DNA from: Octopus vulgaris
Lineage: Eukaryota
Reading direction: 5' to 3'
Assembly (NCBI GenBank): GCA_951406725.2
Contig: OX597818.1
Span: 67,084,001 to 67,148,000 of the forward strand
Length of the DNA: 64,000 nt
Below are positions 1-13,411 of this stretch, one piece after another. The notes beneath the pieces were generated by a model, which did no database searches, was not told the origin of the DNA, and saw only the letters and a list, made by a program, of their open reading frames with translations. The first letter of the stretch is position 1, and each line of letters starts with the position of its first letter. The translations under genes and the position numbers were made by a program.

Positions 1-360
1 AAGAGTTTGATGTGGCCGTGGTTGAACTACATTTGAGTATAGATGTGATTAGTCAAAGCACGTTTTCTTTAAATATTATCGTGAATGAGTTTGCATCATT
101 TATACATTAGCAAATTCAAAGGTAACCAACAGATTCGAAGCAACAAAGCAAAACCTTTTATATGCACTGGAGAGGAAAATATTTAGTAATTATCGGCACC
201 TACATTTTGAATTGCTGATATGTAATATAAAATTTTAACGAAAACAAAACAACATTGTTTAATATGAATATTTTTTTAAAATTATGTTTCTGTGTTATTA
301 ATTACTTTGAATATTTCTAAAATTTATTTCGGTAGTATTATCACGAATATTTATTCAATT

Positions 361-500
361 TTCAGCCGAGATCGACTTTGCCTTTCATCCTTTTGGGGTC
401 GATTAAATAAGTACCAGTTACGTACTTGGGTCTAAATAATCGACTTAAACCCTTTATTTGTACCATCTGGTTAGCCACTTCTGGGCAATAAAGAAATAAA
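361..500 (+). mobile_element. Partial SINE, family B (Nin/Deu-like central domain)
   Basis: Contains gccgagatcgactttgcctttcatccttttggggtcgattaaataagtaccagtt, the core seen in many copies in the window; ends ggcaataaagaaat. Confidence 0.75.
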
Positions 501-2711
501 TATCTGTTCAATACATTTTCGGTTTAAGTAGATTACGAATCAAATTATAATGAATAATGCATTACGAGAAACGCAAGTTTCAACGGCAGGTATTTAGCCA
601 ATTATCAAAAGTAGAATGAAACAGATTTTCATTCATAATGAGAAAATATTTTTTGGCAGCATTCGGTAAGTACTGGAAAAAGAGTCACGACATAATTCGC
701 TGCCACTACCTTTTTCACAATCACATTTTACCGAAAGTGTTTTAGAAACGACCATGTGGCTCAGGAGGATACGGTAAACACCAGAGTCAACAGTCAAACG
801 TAAGTTATTTTCAGTTTAAGATTGAGCACTTCCTACAACAAATATCTTATCGGTGAATTAACCCGTTATATTCGGTAACACAGCGAAAAATGAATGTGGA
901 AGAGAGAAAAATCATCCAAAATATATGAATGCACTCATCTTTCGTTCATTCCTGCCGCTTACACTTCCAGACAATATTCACAAATTATAATATAAGCGCT
1001 ATGCACTACGCACTTCTGTCTTTCTCTCACTATATTCCCCATTCTCTCTCTCCCTTTCTATCTCTTTCCCTTTCTATCTCTATCTCTCTCTCACATATGT
1101 ACTGCGAAGGAGAGAGAGATGACGGGAGACATTTCTTTAAATGAGATCCAGAAAGAAGTTATTTGGTAATTCACAACTCCTATAATATTCCAAAGAATAC
1201 AATGACGAATGAAATCTTAAGTGTGACGTAAAAAATAAAACCAACACAAAAACGCGAATGGATGTTGTTAAAATTGTGCCATTAAATGTCGTTAATATTA
1301 TGTAAATATGCTCCAGTTATATTTGCAATGTGCACTACGAACGTAACATTTTATCACACATAATTTAAACCCCAAATCATCGGGCTCACCATACATAAGA
1401 GCAAGTAGATACGTGTTGTTAAATCAACACGTCATCAGCAGGCGAAATATCAGAGCAGTATTACCAACATTTAACAAAAATACAAAGCGGGTGGCGCTAC
1501 TGTCAATAAATCACGGGGACTGTTGGAAAAAAACTGACTGCAAATTGAATAATAGTCATAAATATTTTAGTAGTGTCCAATGCTGTGCATAGCACTGGCG
1601 ATCTGCGGTATACAATTTTACCAAAGCCACGCTTTATGTACGACAGCACCAACTTTAATGACATTTTAAAAATGGATATGTCTTTTAGCGATACTTCAAG
1701 TTGCAACCCCAATTTTCTACCCATGCAAGTAATTGGCATTGTGTATTCGTAGTCAGTTTACGTTTTTTAGATGTTAGTACTTTATAAATTCTCCTTGTTA
1801 ATGGTCTATTGAAGGATCAAGATGTCGCTAGTCGTATAAAAGGTAAACCAGATGAGATGAGAGGTGCATGGCACATTATGTGCTGCGATGCATGTTGTAG
1901 ATAGCGCAGTCCAGACTGTGCCACGTGTATATTCAAAGACTCTTAAGGAAACAGTTGTACCTGTATCTGATAATCCATTCTTTCAGTTCATTCTTATATG
2001 TATATATGAGTGTGTGCTCGCGTGTGTGTATGTGTGCGCGCTTGTCTGTATGTGTGCGTTTGTGTGTATGTGTGTGTATGTGTACATGGATAGATTGATC
2101 AACTGGTCAATAGATGTGTGTCTATGTGTGTGTATCCATTTTTACCAATAGACAAAAAACAGAGAATAATACTATTAACCGACATTCAAATTTTCTAGAT
2201 AACATGTTTAATGTATGCATTATAAATTAGTGAGATATCTAAATGTCATTGACCAATGACATATTTAAACCAGTCGCTGAATAATTATTCCAACAGATGC
2301 CATCACAGAATCTTAATATATTCAGTAATAATACCAATTTGCCTTCATGAGACGCAGTCACATCAAATGATGCAATATTTGGCGAGGAAGTTCTGAGAAA
2401 ATTTCAACAAGCAGAGATGAAGCGTTCAGCTATTACAGTACTTGTCATATCTGTAAACTTCAATAGCTTTAAATCAGAAGACCGACATTCCTTTACAACG
2501 CGTGTGTCTCTTACTAGTAATTAGTTAAATGATGACAGTAGAAAACATATACTTCCTAACTGTTATTTTTTGTATTACAGAGAGTAAAATGACAAATTAC
2601 CTGGTCGAGAGTATGGCAGTTTCGACTGTCGGAAGTTTTGCAGTTTCTCTAGCTTACTTTCTATAATATCATTTCTGATACAAATATTAGATATTTATTT
2701 TTTCTATGTCC

Positions 2712-2911
2712 TTTTACTTGTTTCAGTCATTTGACTGTGGCCATGCTGGAGCACCACATTTAGTCAAGCAAATCCGCCCCAGAGTTTATTATTTGTAAGC
2801 TTGGTACTTATTCTATCGATACATTTTGCCGAACCTCTAAGTCACGGTGACATAAACACATCACCATCATTTTCCCAGCGATGTTGGGGGTACAAACATA
2901 GACACATAAAT

Positions 2912-2993
<82 letters not shown>

Positions 2994-3156
2994 GACGAGC
3001 TTCTTTCAGTTTCCGTCTACTAAATCCACTCTCAAGGTTATGGTCGGCCCGAAGCTATAGTAGAAGACACTTGCCTGAAGTTCCATGCAGTGGGACTTAA
3101 CCCAGAATCATGTAGTTATAAAGCATGCTACTTACCACACAGCCACTCCTACGCCT
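2712..3156 (-). mobile_element. tRNA-derived SINE, family A (CORE-like), with internal (TA)n/(CA)n
   Basis: Minus-strand head aggagtggctgtgtggtaagtagc, CORE-like caggcaagtgtcttctactatagc, internal microsatellite, 3' block ending gactgaaacaagtaaaa; homologous to 33975-34478 and 6983-7130. Confidence 0.8.
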
Positions 3157-3289
3157 AAATATATCACATTTCTTTTCAGAGTCGACGAAAGAAAGACAAT
3201 ATCTCAATTAATTTTCCCCTCTATTTCAAAACCTGGACAAGGCTGGCGATGCGACGATGCTTTCCTTCCCACCATATTTTATATCAATG

Positions 3290-3990
3290 CGCTCTGATTT
3301 TCCTTCCGACTTAAACATATAAAGATCCGATTCCTGTACTTATGTTATATTTATTCAGTTGTTTTAATGTCCAGGATCGAAGAAATATATAACGATGACG
3401 TCATTATGCAAAGAAAATCATAATTGATCGCATTCGATTCTGACCGTATCGAACCATGTAAGTGAACAGCTTTAGCCTCACTCATGAAACTGTCCAGAAT
3501 AGTAAAATGTAATACTACATCTACGTTGACTGATTGATAATAATTATATTCTATCGGATAATGTCCATGCTGATACAGAATATTCATCATTTTGTCTGAA
3601 AACATACGAAAGCAAGTTAATATGCTGGTTTTATAATATGCAAAGGATACGCAGTTACGGCTATGATATCAGTTTTAGCTCTATCACAGTTTTTTTTGTA
3701 AGTCATATTGACATGATCTGCGTTTAAGTTTTCTTTTCCGTGTCGAGTTTATCTACATTTTCATTATACATTCTAAAATATTCGACTGTTGCTTATAGGA
3801 AGTCGATCAACATTAAATGTATACATTCTTGCAGTCCCTATATAAGTGGGTGAATATGAAACCAAGCCATTTATCAATAAACCCGTGTTCTTTTTTCTTG
3901 ATCGGTGCATCTTGGCAAGGCATTTCCAGTTCTGTTTAAACCGTATGAACTCTCGCTTACTCTAATCCTTCGTACTGAGTTATGATTCTA
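3290..3990 (-). pseudogene. Possible highly decayed Tc1/mariner (DD41D-like) transposase relic
   Basis: Minus-strand translation NILYQHGHYP...SGQFHE.G...DFLCIMTSSLY only weakly resembles FQQDGAPPH...PGRWIGRG...DFFLWG. Confidence 0.25.
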
Positions 3991-4709
3991 TTTAAAATCT
4001 TCTTCCTAACACGACTTAAAGTTATTGTTTAATAATTTATATTCATTTACTAAAGAGCGAATAGAAAAATACATTATCAAAACCAATATCAATACAGTTG
4101 TGATGTTTTTTGTGTATATTTTTTTATCAGAATCTTCGTAAAACAAAGTCTAAATAATCGAATATATAAATAAACCAAATATAAGTCACAAAGAAAAAGA
4201 AATGATTGAAATGAATTTAGCTTTGATTGATTAAGCCAATAAGGGAATTGAATTATTAACGTATCGTTGGCTAGAGTTATTTCGTTCTCAGTAATATATT
4301 TTCTTGCATTTATAACAACACGTATAACAAACAAAGGAATTGGTAATCGAACTTCTCTCAAACAATATGTAGACCAGTTCTTTTTAAATCTAATAATATC
4401 ATCCGTTTGTACCAAATGACACAAGTTTCTCCAGCACAGCTGCCATTGATAACAGATAAAATGGCTTCAGTTTCTGCCTTTCAAAAACCTATCTATGTCA
4501 TATCTGCTTTATTTTTCCCTCTCTCTCAAGAGGGAAGAATAGAGATAATGCCTTTGAAAAAATACAAATTCCACAATAAGAATTTCCGATATATGACGTG
4601 AAAATGCAAACGATATATATAAATATGAATGTATATATATGCACAAACAAATACGTATATGTAGATGTATATAAAAGTGTATACAATGTATATATAGGTA
4701 TATATATAT

Positions 4710-4790
<81 letters not shown>

Positions 4791-5352
4791 GTCTATGTGT
4801 AGCTTATTTATCTCTATTTTACTTCCTACACATAGAAGAGCTAAATACACATCCCTCTTAGAAGTGTTTAGCGTGACTGATATTTCATCAGTTAAGCTGT
4901 GTTCTGTACGTATAACCAGTATTTAAGGCTTAAACCGCTGACTTGATACACTCGAATTCCAATGACCTTTAATCCATCGCATTTTTAGTGACATTTGAAT
5001 TACATTAATAACACAAAATTTCTTTATGGTACGCGTGCTGCCGCGGCATGATGTGTGCATGTAACCGCAGAATAGTTTAAGTATCCGCTACGTGCGTTGC
5101 GAACTGGAAGTTTTTAAACAGCTACGCTATACAAATGGAGGTCAACAGGCCATTCATGAAAGGATAATTGAATATATGCTTCTAATCCTGTTTTTCTTTT
5201 CCGATAGAAACCCTCACTACAACAGCAGAAAAACATTTACTTGTACATTACATACTAACTCTGAATTAGTAGACCTTATTTCTAATGCAAGGATTGCCAT
5301 GTTGATAGCTTCTCTGAAATCTGAGATGTGTATTTTACTTGAATAAGCTTTG

Positions 5353-5406
5353 CATTTGCTTCGCTTCTCACATCATTTGCTTCGCTTCTCACATCATTTG
5401 CTTCGC
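5353..5406. repeat. 21-bp minisatellite, ~2.6 copies
   Basis: catttgcttcgcttctcacat twice plus a partial third copy. Confidence 0.85.
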
Positions 5407-5975
5407 TAAAATTGTTTTCCTGCATGTGCAAATATATTATCATTGTCCTGTGGGTATATTTCCACGTGAATAAGGGGAAACATTCATTAGGGAGCCATGT
5501 ATATGATCTCTTATCTGTATCTAAATATGTTCACCAGATTTACACGCTTCGTCGAACGTTGGCGTACACATACATTCATTATAAAAAACAGGCCACAGTG
5601 ACACCAACGTATAGAGTCACAACTAGCACGCCTGCACACACAGACACACAGACATACACTCACACACTCACACACACTCAGGTACCAATATATGTATATG
5701 AGTGTGTGTGCTCGGCCCGTATCCATAGCATATATGTCTGTGTTCCCTCCTATATATGCAGACCGAAAGTATATGAAAATAACAAAATATAAGATTTACA
5801 AAATAAAACACTTAAAATAGAAAGAAAAACACTACGTTTGTATTAGACGTGAGCACTGCATAAAATGAGTTCAATTATTTTAAATCGTGTAAGAATTACT
5901 CATGGACATTACTTCCTTGGTACGTATAGTTTCTTTTTTCATTGCATAAACAGACAAACGCGCGCACTCTCTCTG

Positions 5976-6006
<31 letters not shown>

Positions 6007-6134
6007 AGTTTCAAGTGAAAACTTTATTGGCTGACAAAGATAGTTTAATGGATATAAGCAAATGAGTTTATTTTAAAGCATATCTCCCAACTGCTTTCCA
6101 CACAATTCTTCAATCTGTGTTGCAGCGCCTGCAC

Positions 6135-6237
6135 ACATTGGTGAAGAAGCTTCCCTTCTGGTGGTCAAAAACGCTGATACGACATCATCAAGTCCAATCC
6201 GTGGCACCTTGGGCAACCGTTTTCTACAGTAGCCTCA

Positions 6238-6316
<79 letters not shown>

Positions 6317-6365
6317 TTATATATGTTATATATACATATACATATATATATATATATAATATAAA

Positions 6366-6417
<52 letters not shown>

Positions 6418-6472
6418 ATATATACATATTATAATATATAATATATGTGGTGTGGGGTGGTGTGTGTTATAC

Positions 6473-6564
<92 letters not shown>

Positions 6565-6646
6565 ATATACTATATATATATATATATTTATATTTATGTA
6601 TTATATTATTTATATATATATATGTGGTGTTGTGTGTGTGTGGGTG

Positions 6647-6696
<50 letters not shown>

Positions 6697-6951
6697 ACAC
6701 GCATACATATATATATATATTTATATATATGTGTATGTGTGTTTGTGTGTCTGTGTTTGCCCCCTAGCATTGGTTGACAACCGATGCTGCTGTGTTTATG
6801 TCCCCGTTACTTAGCGGTTCGGCAAAACAGACCGATATAATAAGTACTGGACTTACAAAAAGAATAAGTCTCGGGGTCGAGTTGCTCGATTAAAGGCGGT
6901 GCTCCAACATGGCCGCAGTTAAATGACTGAAGCAAGTAAAAGAGTAAAAGA

Positions 6952-6955
<4 letters not shown>
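6135..6955 (+). mobile_element. Family A SINE expanded by a ~500-bp compound (TA)/(TG) microsatellite
   Basis: CORE-like gtggcaccttgggcaa at ~6201; 3' block cttagcggttcggcaaaa...gactgaagcaagtaaaagag at 6760-6953. Confidence 0.7.
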
Positions 6956-6982
<27 letters not shown>

Positions 6983-6985
<3 letters not shown>

Positions 6986-7130
6986 GACGGGCTTCTTTCA
7001 GTTTCCGTCTAGCAAACGGTGGGCCCGAGGCTATAGTAGAAGACATTTGTCCAAGGTGCCACGCAGTGGGAATGAACCCGGAACTATGTGGTTGTTAAGC
7101 AAGCTACCTACCACACAACCACTCTTGCGA
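6983..7130 (-). mobile_element. Family A SINE, 5' half
   Basis: acgacgggcttctttcagtttccgtc...ccaaggtgccacgcagtggga...taccacacaaccactc. Confidence 0.8.
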
Positions 7131-7214
7131 TACTTGTCCACATGTCGTCAAAACTAAGTTATAGTGAGTATTAAATAAATAGGGCTAGACTGCTATCGAC
7201 AGCATCTTGTTACA

Positions 7215-7370
7215 TGTGTGTGTGTATATGTTTGTGTGTGTGTGCTTGTTACCCCAACAACGCTTGAGAACCGATGGTGGTGTGTTTACGTCCCTGTTAT
7301 CTAGCGGTTCGGCAAAATGTGGTGCTCCAGCATGGCCGCAGTCAAATGAATGAAAGAGATAAAAAAAAGT
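7215..7370 (+). mobile_element. Family A SINE, 3' half
   Basis: accgatggtggtgtgtttacgtccc...agcggttcggcaaaa...gctccagcatggccgcagtcaaatga. Confidence 0.7.
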
Positions 7371-8838
7371 GAAAGAGCAATTGGTTAAAGAGTTGAGCAG
7401 AGACATTAATGTGAATTCGAATTTTGGAATAGAAGGCTTCTTTGGCCCTTGTGCAAGGACCTTCATTTCACTGCGCCCCAGACAACGAAATTGAAATGAA
7501 TATCAAATCAGTGCAACCTACAATTTCCTGCCAGCTCTCGCCTGATAATTCACTATATCAAATATTGAAGTATCGAAAGAGAACTTTTTGCTGCAGGCGA
7601 ATGCATAAGCACTTTACACAGTTACTGACTTTGCTATACGCTTCCACTGGAGAGGCGAACTTTATCACGTCTTCTTCGGAAGTAATAATATGAAATATAA
7701 ATTCATCCTTATTTAGATATTGCAATCTTTAACTGCTTTATTTATTTCAATCATAAAACACCTCAGTAGGTTTAGACAATGCTGTAGATATAATATATAT
7801 TTTAAACTTAAGGGCTTTACATTAACGGTTTCTTAGGAAGATATAAAACCATGCAAACACATCCCCATAAACAACACACACACAAATATAGATACAGACA
7901 AAGGCATACTGATATGGATAACACACACACACATACGCACACGCACCGCACATTTTTATATTTATATGTATATGTAACAGAAAGGGTAGTAAATGCCATA
8001 ATAAACATTACTGATATCTTTTGTTCTCTTTGCTCGTTCGGATTTTCACTTGATAGCCCTGTAACGATAAGGCAAAACACCAGTTCGCAGTCCTCTGACT
8101 CGGCTAATATATCATACCTACACACACATACACACGCATACACGCATACATACATATGGGAACATATGTGTGTGTATACATATACATTCATCTCCAAACA
8201 TACACACATGTAAATAATGTAATATTAATAAAAAAAGCGAGCATGTGTGTCAGTGAGTAAGTGTGTGTGTGTGAGCGTTCCTTATTGATTTGAAGACTGA
8301 GCTGCCGATTTTGACGTATGAGTTATCAAAAGATTCAGTAATCTTTCGGCTACCAGATTAAATTTAGTTCCACATACATATTAGCGTTACAAGAAATTAA
8401 CACGGCAGGATTTCTGGAATATGTGTGAGCAGGAGAAACACATAATAGTAAAAATTAAAGAAAAGAGAGAAAGAAACAGAGAGACAAAACAACTTTCTAT
8501 AGGAGAAGTTGAAAGACAGAGGGAAATCAGGGGAGAGAAAGGGACGCTGATGTTTCATATTGTATGTATGTCTGATAGGTGAAAGAGAAAGAAAGGCTGC
8601 ACAAAGAGAGGGAAAAAGCGGAAGAGAAGGAGACGCTGATAACTTCGGAAACGAGGTTTGCTCCCACAAATTTGAGGTTTCAGCGTACAAATAAAAGCAC
8701 AAACTTTTTCACGCTTTCACAATCACGGCTAAACTATAATTTTGAAAGTATTCTTCAACTCCTTCTTTATTAAGAAATACATGTCAAAACAACCTCCTTT
8801 AGCACAGACATACACACACACACACACACGCGCGCGTG

Positions 8839-8869
<31 letters not shown>

Positions 8870-10084
8870 GCACTCTCTAGATAAATATTCTGGATGAATT
8901 ATGCTATTTCTTGCAGTGTGCACGCACAAAATTACTACTAAAATACCATGGAAATGAGTTTTTTCTGTTCTGCCCTTCCCGTGTGTGATGAGCGTATTTC
9001 AAAACCTGATCTTCCATATCAACTTAAAAGGCAGTTATCCCAGTATTCCTATCATTTACCTGTTGTTTAGAGCATGTCCGAGGTGACATTTGTGTAACCG
9101 CCACAACTTTTTTCCCTAAATTTCTTCACATTCCTATGATCTCCCTGCAGGAAACCTTCCAATGATCGCCCTACAGAAAACAGGTTCTCAATATTTTAAT
9201 TTCCTCCGTCTCAAACAAAATTTCTTCAGTTTTTAAAACTTTTTTTCGCAAACATTTCATAGTGATCCTCGGAGAAACAGTAGGAATATTTAAGAACTTT
9301 GTTCTTTTTTAACTTTAAGAAACACTAACACTAATATCTTCGTCCATAATCTATAACCTCACCACTTTCAAAATTTGCAATGCGCGCGTGTGTGTGTGTA
9401 TGTGTGTGTGTGTGTGTGTGTGTGAGTGTGTGTGTCTGTTTGTGTGTGTGTATGTTCCTTATGGATTAGCAAAGTGAGTTGCTCATTTTGACATATAAGG
9501 TATCAAAAGAAATCATTCCGCTATCAAATAAAGTATGTTTTTCGCATAACAACTCATCTTTATTAATAAAATAACCTCGGAAACGAGGGCGCAACGCACA
9601 ATTTTGTGGTCATTTTCGGGCAATGTTTCAACTTGCTTGTAATGTTTCACTTTCGTCCGATTTTTCAAGCATGCTTAGAATTCTACTGAAATATCCCACA
9701 TGAAAGTAATTATAATTATATCTCTCTTTCACTTGCTCATTCTAACGTATGTGGACATTGTGTTGTCAACAACATGTTACTACTTCACTAACTTCATCGC
9801 TATACAAACAAAATCCGCGCTTCATTTCCTGTTTTACACACCTTGATTTCAATTATCAATTGAACTCTTTAATTGTTTAAACATGATTTCACTGGGTTTC
9901 GTCGTTCGACTCTTGACATGATAGATTATCACTTTCAAAAAATTAATGGATCATACTGACTTTTTGGACGTACTTCAAACTAGCATTTATTTTATAGACA
10001 CTGCTTGATGAATTGCTAACTTTGAGTCAAGATGGGACGTGATACTCGAGTTATCATCATATGTAACCACACATACACATATTA

Positions 10085-10235
10085 GGTGCCAAAATGACTG
10101 TGTAGTTGAGAGGTTTGCCTCGTAAACACAAGGTTTCAGGCTCAGTCTCTCTGCATGATACTTCAGGCAAGGAATTTCAACTATAGCCCTAGGCCAACCG
10201 CACATTTTTGACGGAATTTGGTAGAGGGATACTGC
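10085..10235 (+). mobile_element. Diverged family A SINE head
   Basis: tgactgtgtagttgagaggtttgc...cttcaggcaagg...ctatagccctaggccaacc. Confidence 0.6.
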
Positions 10236-10371
10236 AGCATTGTTCATCAGAAAAGGACAGAGAAGATATTTATAAAGAAGGGTTGTGTGCCAAACTGCCC
10301 ATAAGAAAGGAACAAATAATATAATGTTGGTATAGAACATAACACCCGGGCAACACAGTGATGCATTGCTA

Positions 10372-10422
<51 letters not shown>

Positions 10423-10485
10423 TATAGATACAGATATAAATACATGCATAGATAGATAGATGAATATGTATATACATAAACACAC

Positions 10486-10548
<63 letters not shown>

Positions 10549-11109
10549 GACAAATTATTATATGTAAATAAATAGACAGACAGACAAATAGATAGGTAGA
10601 GAGATAGATTGTTTGTACATACATGTTTGTTTTGAAGTATGTTATTTTTATTATATAATTCAGCAATCTTTGAAGAAGGAAATACAACGTCAGCCATCAG
10701 TTGGAATATGACTACGGATGGATATAAAGTTATAACAAAATACCCCAATATTTTTGCTTGTTTTGTTGCTCACAATTTTTTCGTGGTGAAATTATCTAAT
10801 ATGTACAGAGTAATAAAATATTACTGTTACTAAAATATCAATAAAATATAATTGAAATTTGTAAATGTGAAGACAATGATTTATTTTATGACTGAAAACT
10901 ATTTTGAAATTTTATGTTATAGATAATCTACTCGGAAAATATTTTTGTGGTTGGCAATAATTGCTTGAAAATGTCATTTTCTAATGTATAACAATTCGGC
11001 TACAGTGAATGTGGATGACTTGAATATGCCACTCACTCAGAAGGAACAATCTCAAAACATTAATATTCAGATTGTGCTGATTGATGTCTCAGACGTATGT
11101 GTCTTGTTA

Positions 11110-11407
11110 TCTTTATATATAAAAGTGAAGTTGTGTGTCTGTCTCCTACGATTTAGATTCCTAACTACTCCCACATTTTGCGGTGCAGTGTAACTAAAAG
11201 CGGGGGGTCTTATAGTCGTGATTCATATCGAGCCCTTCTGGGTATTAGCCCGCGTCTACGATGAGTCTACAATTAAAAAAAAAATTACCATCATTTTTTC
11301 CCATTTTTAATGCATTTTTTCGCTATTATATAAGGGAAGTAACTCTCTAAAAATGCTTTATAGTTATTTCCCTTACAAACCCGAGCAACGCCAGGCGATA
11401 CTGCTAG
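11110..11407 (+). mobile_element. Non-autonomous Helitron-like element
   Basis: Begins A|TC (tctttatatataaaa) and ends with GC-rich subterminal cccgagcaacgccaggcg followed by CTAG|T; no TSD. Confidence 0.75.
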
Positions 11408-11982
11408 TATTTCCTAATCTATGAGGCAGCGAGTGGGAAATCTTTTTACCCTACCGGGCAAAATGTTTAACTTCGTTTTGTTTATTTTTTCAAACAATTT
11501 TACGTTTTGACTTTCAATTATTACAGGTTCAAATTGCCTTTCATCCTTTCAACGACGACAAAATAAGTACCAGCTGTGCACTGGGGTTCATATAGTCAAC
11601 TTACCTCCCCCCACCCATTAACACATTAAAAGTCCTTCGCTTTTTGTAGAAAGGCTTTTTTTTATAATTCTTTTCAATGATAAAATCCCGATACAATTGG
11701 ATAGCTTAGGATAGCGTATGCTGTACAATAAATATCTCCGAGATACTTAATCATTTTGATATAGAATCTGCTATAAGTGTTTGGACATTTAAGTACCTCA
11801 TGATGTGTATTATATCAGCATATTTGCCATGTACTTATCATACAAACACTCAACATACAAAGGATATTCTCACATGGACCGAAACCTATCACATTTGTTT
11901 ATGTATAGCTGTATAATGTAACACTAAAATCGTCCGACACAAAACATAAGTTTATTAATAATTAGGCGTTAATATGTTTTCT

Positions 11983-12572
11983 AATATAGATGTTTTCGAT
12001 CTAATTTGGATTATTTGCCATCAAATTTGAATTCTTTGCAATCAAATTTGAATTTTTCAATTGGTGTCCAAGCCTCGAAAAGAAAGAGAGTTAAACTACA
12101 TCAGCCGTAAGGGAATACATGTCTATCTTATCTAACTCGTCCAGTAGAGCCCACCAATTGATATCTGAAAAGTTCAATGAAATAACTCATGAATACTGCT
12201 ATATCTTCGACCAAAAGTTACTTCAATATATTTACATCGTCGACCGGTCTGAACAAGGGGAGATAATAAACGAATGATTCTTTTTCTATTATCTCCCCTT
12301 GTTCAGATCGGTCGATGACGTAAATAAGTTCAATCATATTTTGGTAGAAGCTATCGCAGTGTTAATGAGTTATTTCATCCATATTTTAAGACATCAATTG
12401 ATGGGCTCAACTGGACGAGTTAGATAAGATAGACATGTATTCCCTTACGGCTGACGTAGTATAACTCTATCTTTTTCAAAGCTTCAGTACCAATTGAAAA
12501 ATTCAAATTTGATTGCAAAGAATTCAAAATTTGATGGTAAAGAATCCAAACACGATCGAAAACATTTATATT
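11983..12572. mobile_element. Foldback/MITE-like element: ~285-bp inverted arms around a ~17-bp spacer
   Basis: cagccgtaagggaatacatgtctatcttatctaactcgtccagt (12102-) is mirrored by actggacgagttagataagatagacatgtattcccttacggctg (12410-); centre ~12278. Confidence 0.85.
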
Positions 12573-13086
12573 TCATTTATTTGATATCAAGGTGGTGAGT
12601 AGGCACAATTGCAACCACGTGATACAAAATGCTTAACGTTATGTAATCCGTTTATCTTTTGCGGTGAAAATCCAGCAGAGTTTCTCCACATCGGTAAGTC
12701 TCGTAATTAGTGAAAAAGGATGGCCTGCATTTTACGCTGAAATTCTCAGGAATATTTTCTATATAATACTCCATCACATCCTATTCTCCTGGTTTCAGTA
12801 GTTTTGTCTATTATTTTTTATTTGCTTGAGTTATTATTTTGCAGAATTATATTGTAGAATTTTTAGTGGAAAAGATCGACCGCAGTTTTATTTTCTGTCT
12901 GATACTTACTCTATCAGTACTTTATCGAGCCGCTGGTTACAGGGACGAAGATACAACAACACCGTTTATCAATCTCAAACAGGCGACAAACGCACAGAGA
13001 AAGACACGCATACACAAGTAGAGAGAAACACTCATACATACACGGTCATATATATAATATAATACAATATGATATAATATAATATA

Positions 13087-13411
13087 GGAGCACTCCGTCG
13101 GTTACGACGATGAGGATAGCTGTTGATGCGATCAACGGAACAGCTTGTTCATAGAATTCACGTACAAGTGGCTGAGCACTCCACAGACACTTGCACCCTT
13201 AACGTAGTTCTCAGGTAGATTCAGCGCGACACAGAGTGAGACAAGGTTGGTCCTTTGATATACAGGTACTACTCATTTTTGCCAGCTCAGTGGACTGGTG
13301 CAACATGAAAATAAAGTGACTTGCTCAAGGACAAAATACATCGCCAGGAATTGAACTCACGACTTAGGATCGTGTGCGGAATTCCCTAACCAATAAGCCA
13401 CGCACCTTCAC
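13087..13411 (-). mobile_element. tRNA-derived SINE, family C
   Basis: Minus-strand head gaaggtgcgtggcttattggttaggg (A box) ... gagttcaattcc (B box), then gtccttgagcaagtcacttta; homologous to 33047-33345. Confidence 0.8.

Noticed and set aside
1498-1950. Possible mariner 5' relic (SRLCHVYIQRLL resembling KVCARWVPRLL)
   Set aside because: Single weak motif and no matching second TIR found
9987-10748. 253-aa minus-strand ORF
   Set aside because: Runs through microsatellites and a SINE head; no domain-like sequence
13340-13411. tRNA gene (A and B boxes), also at 26350-26422 and 63247-63320
   Set aside because: No complete cloverleaf; each continues into a SINE body
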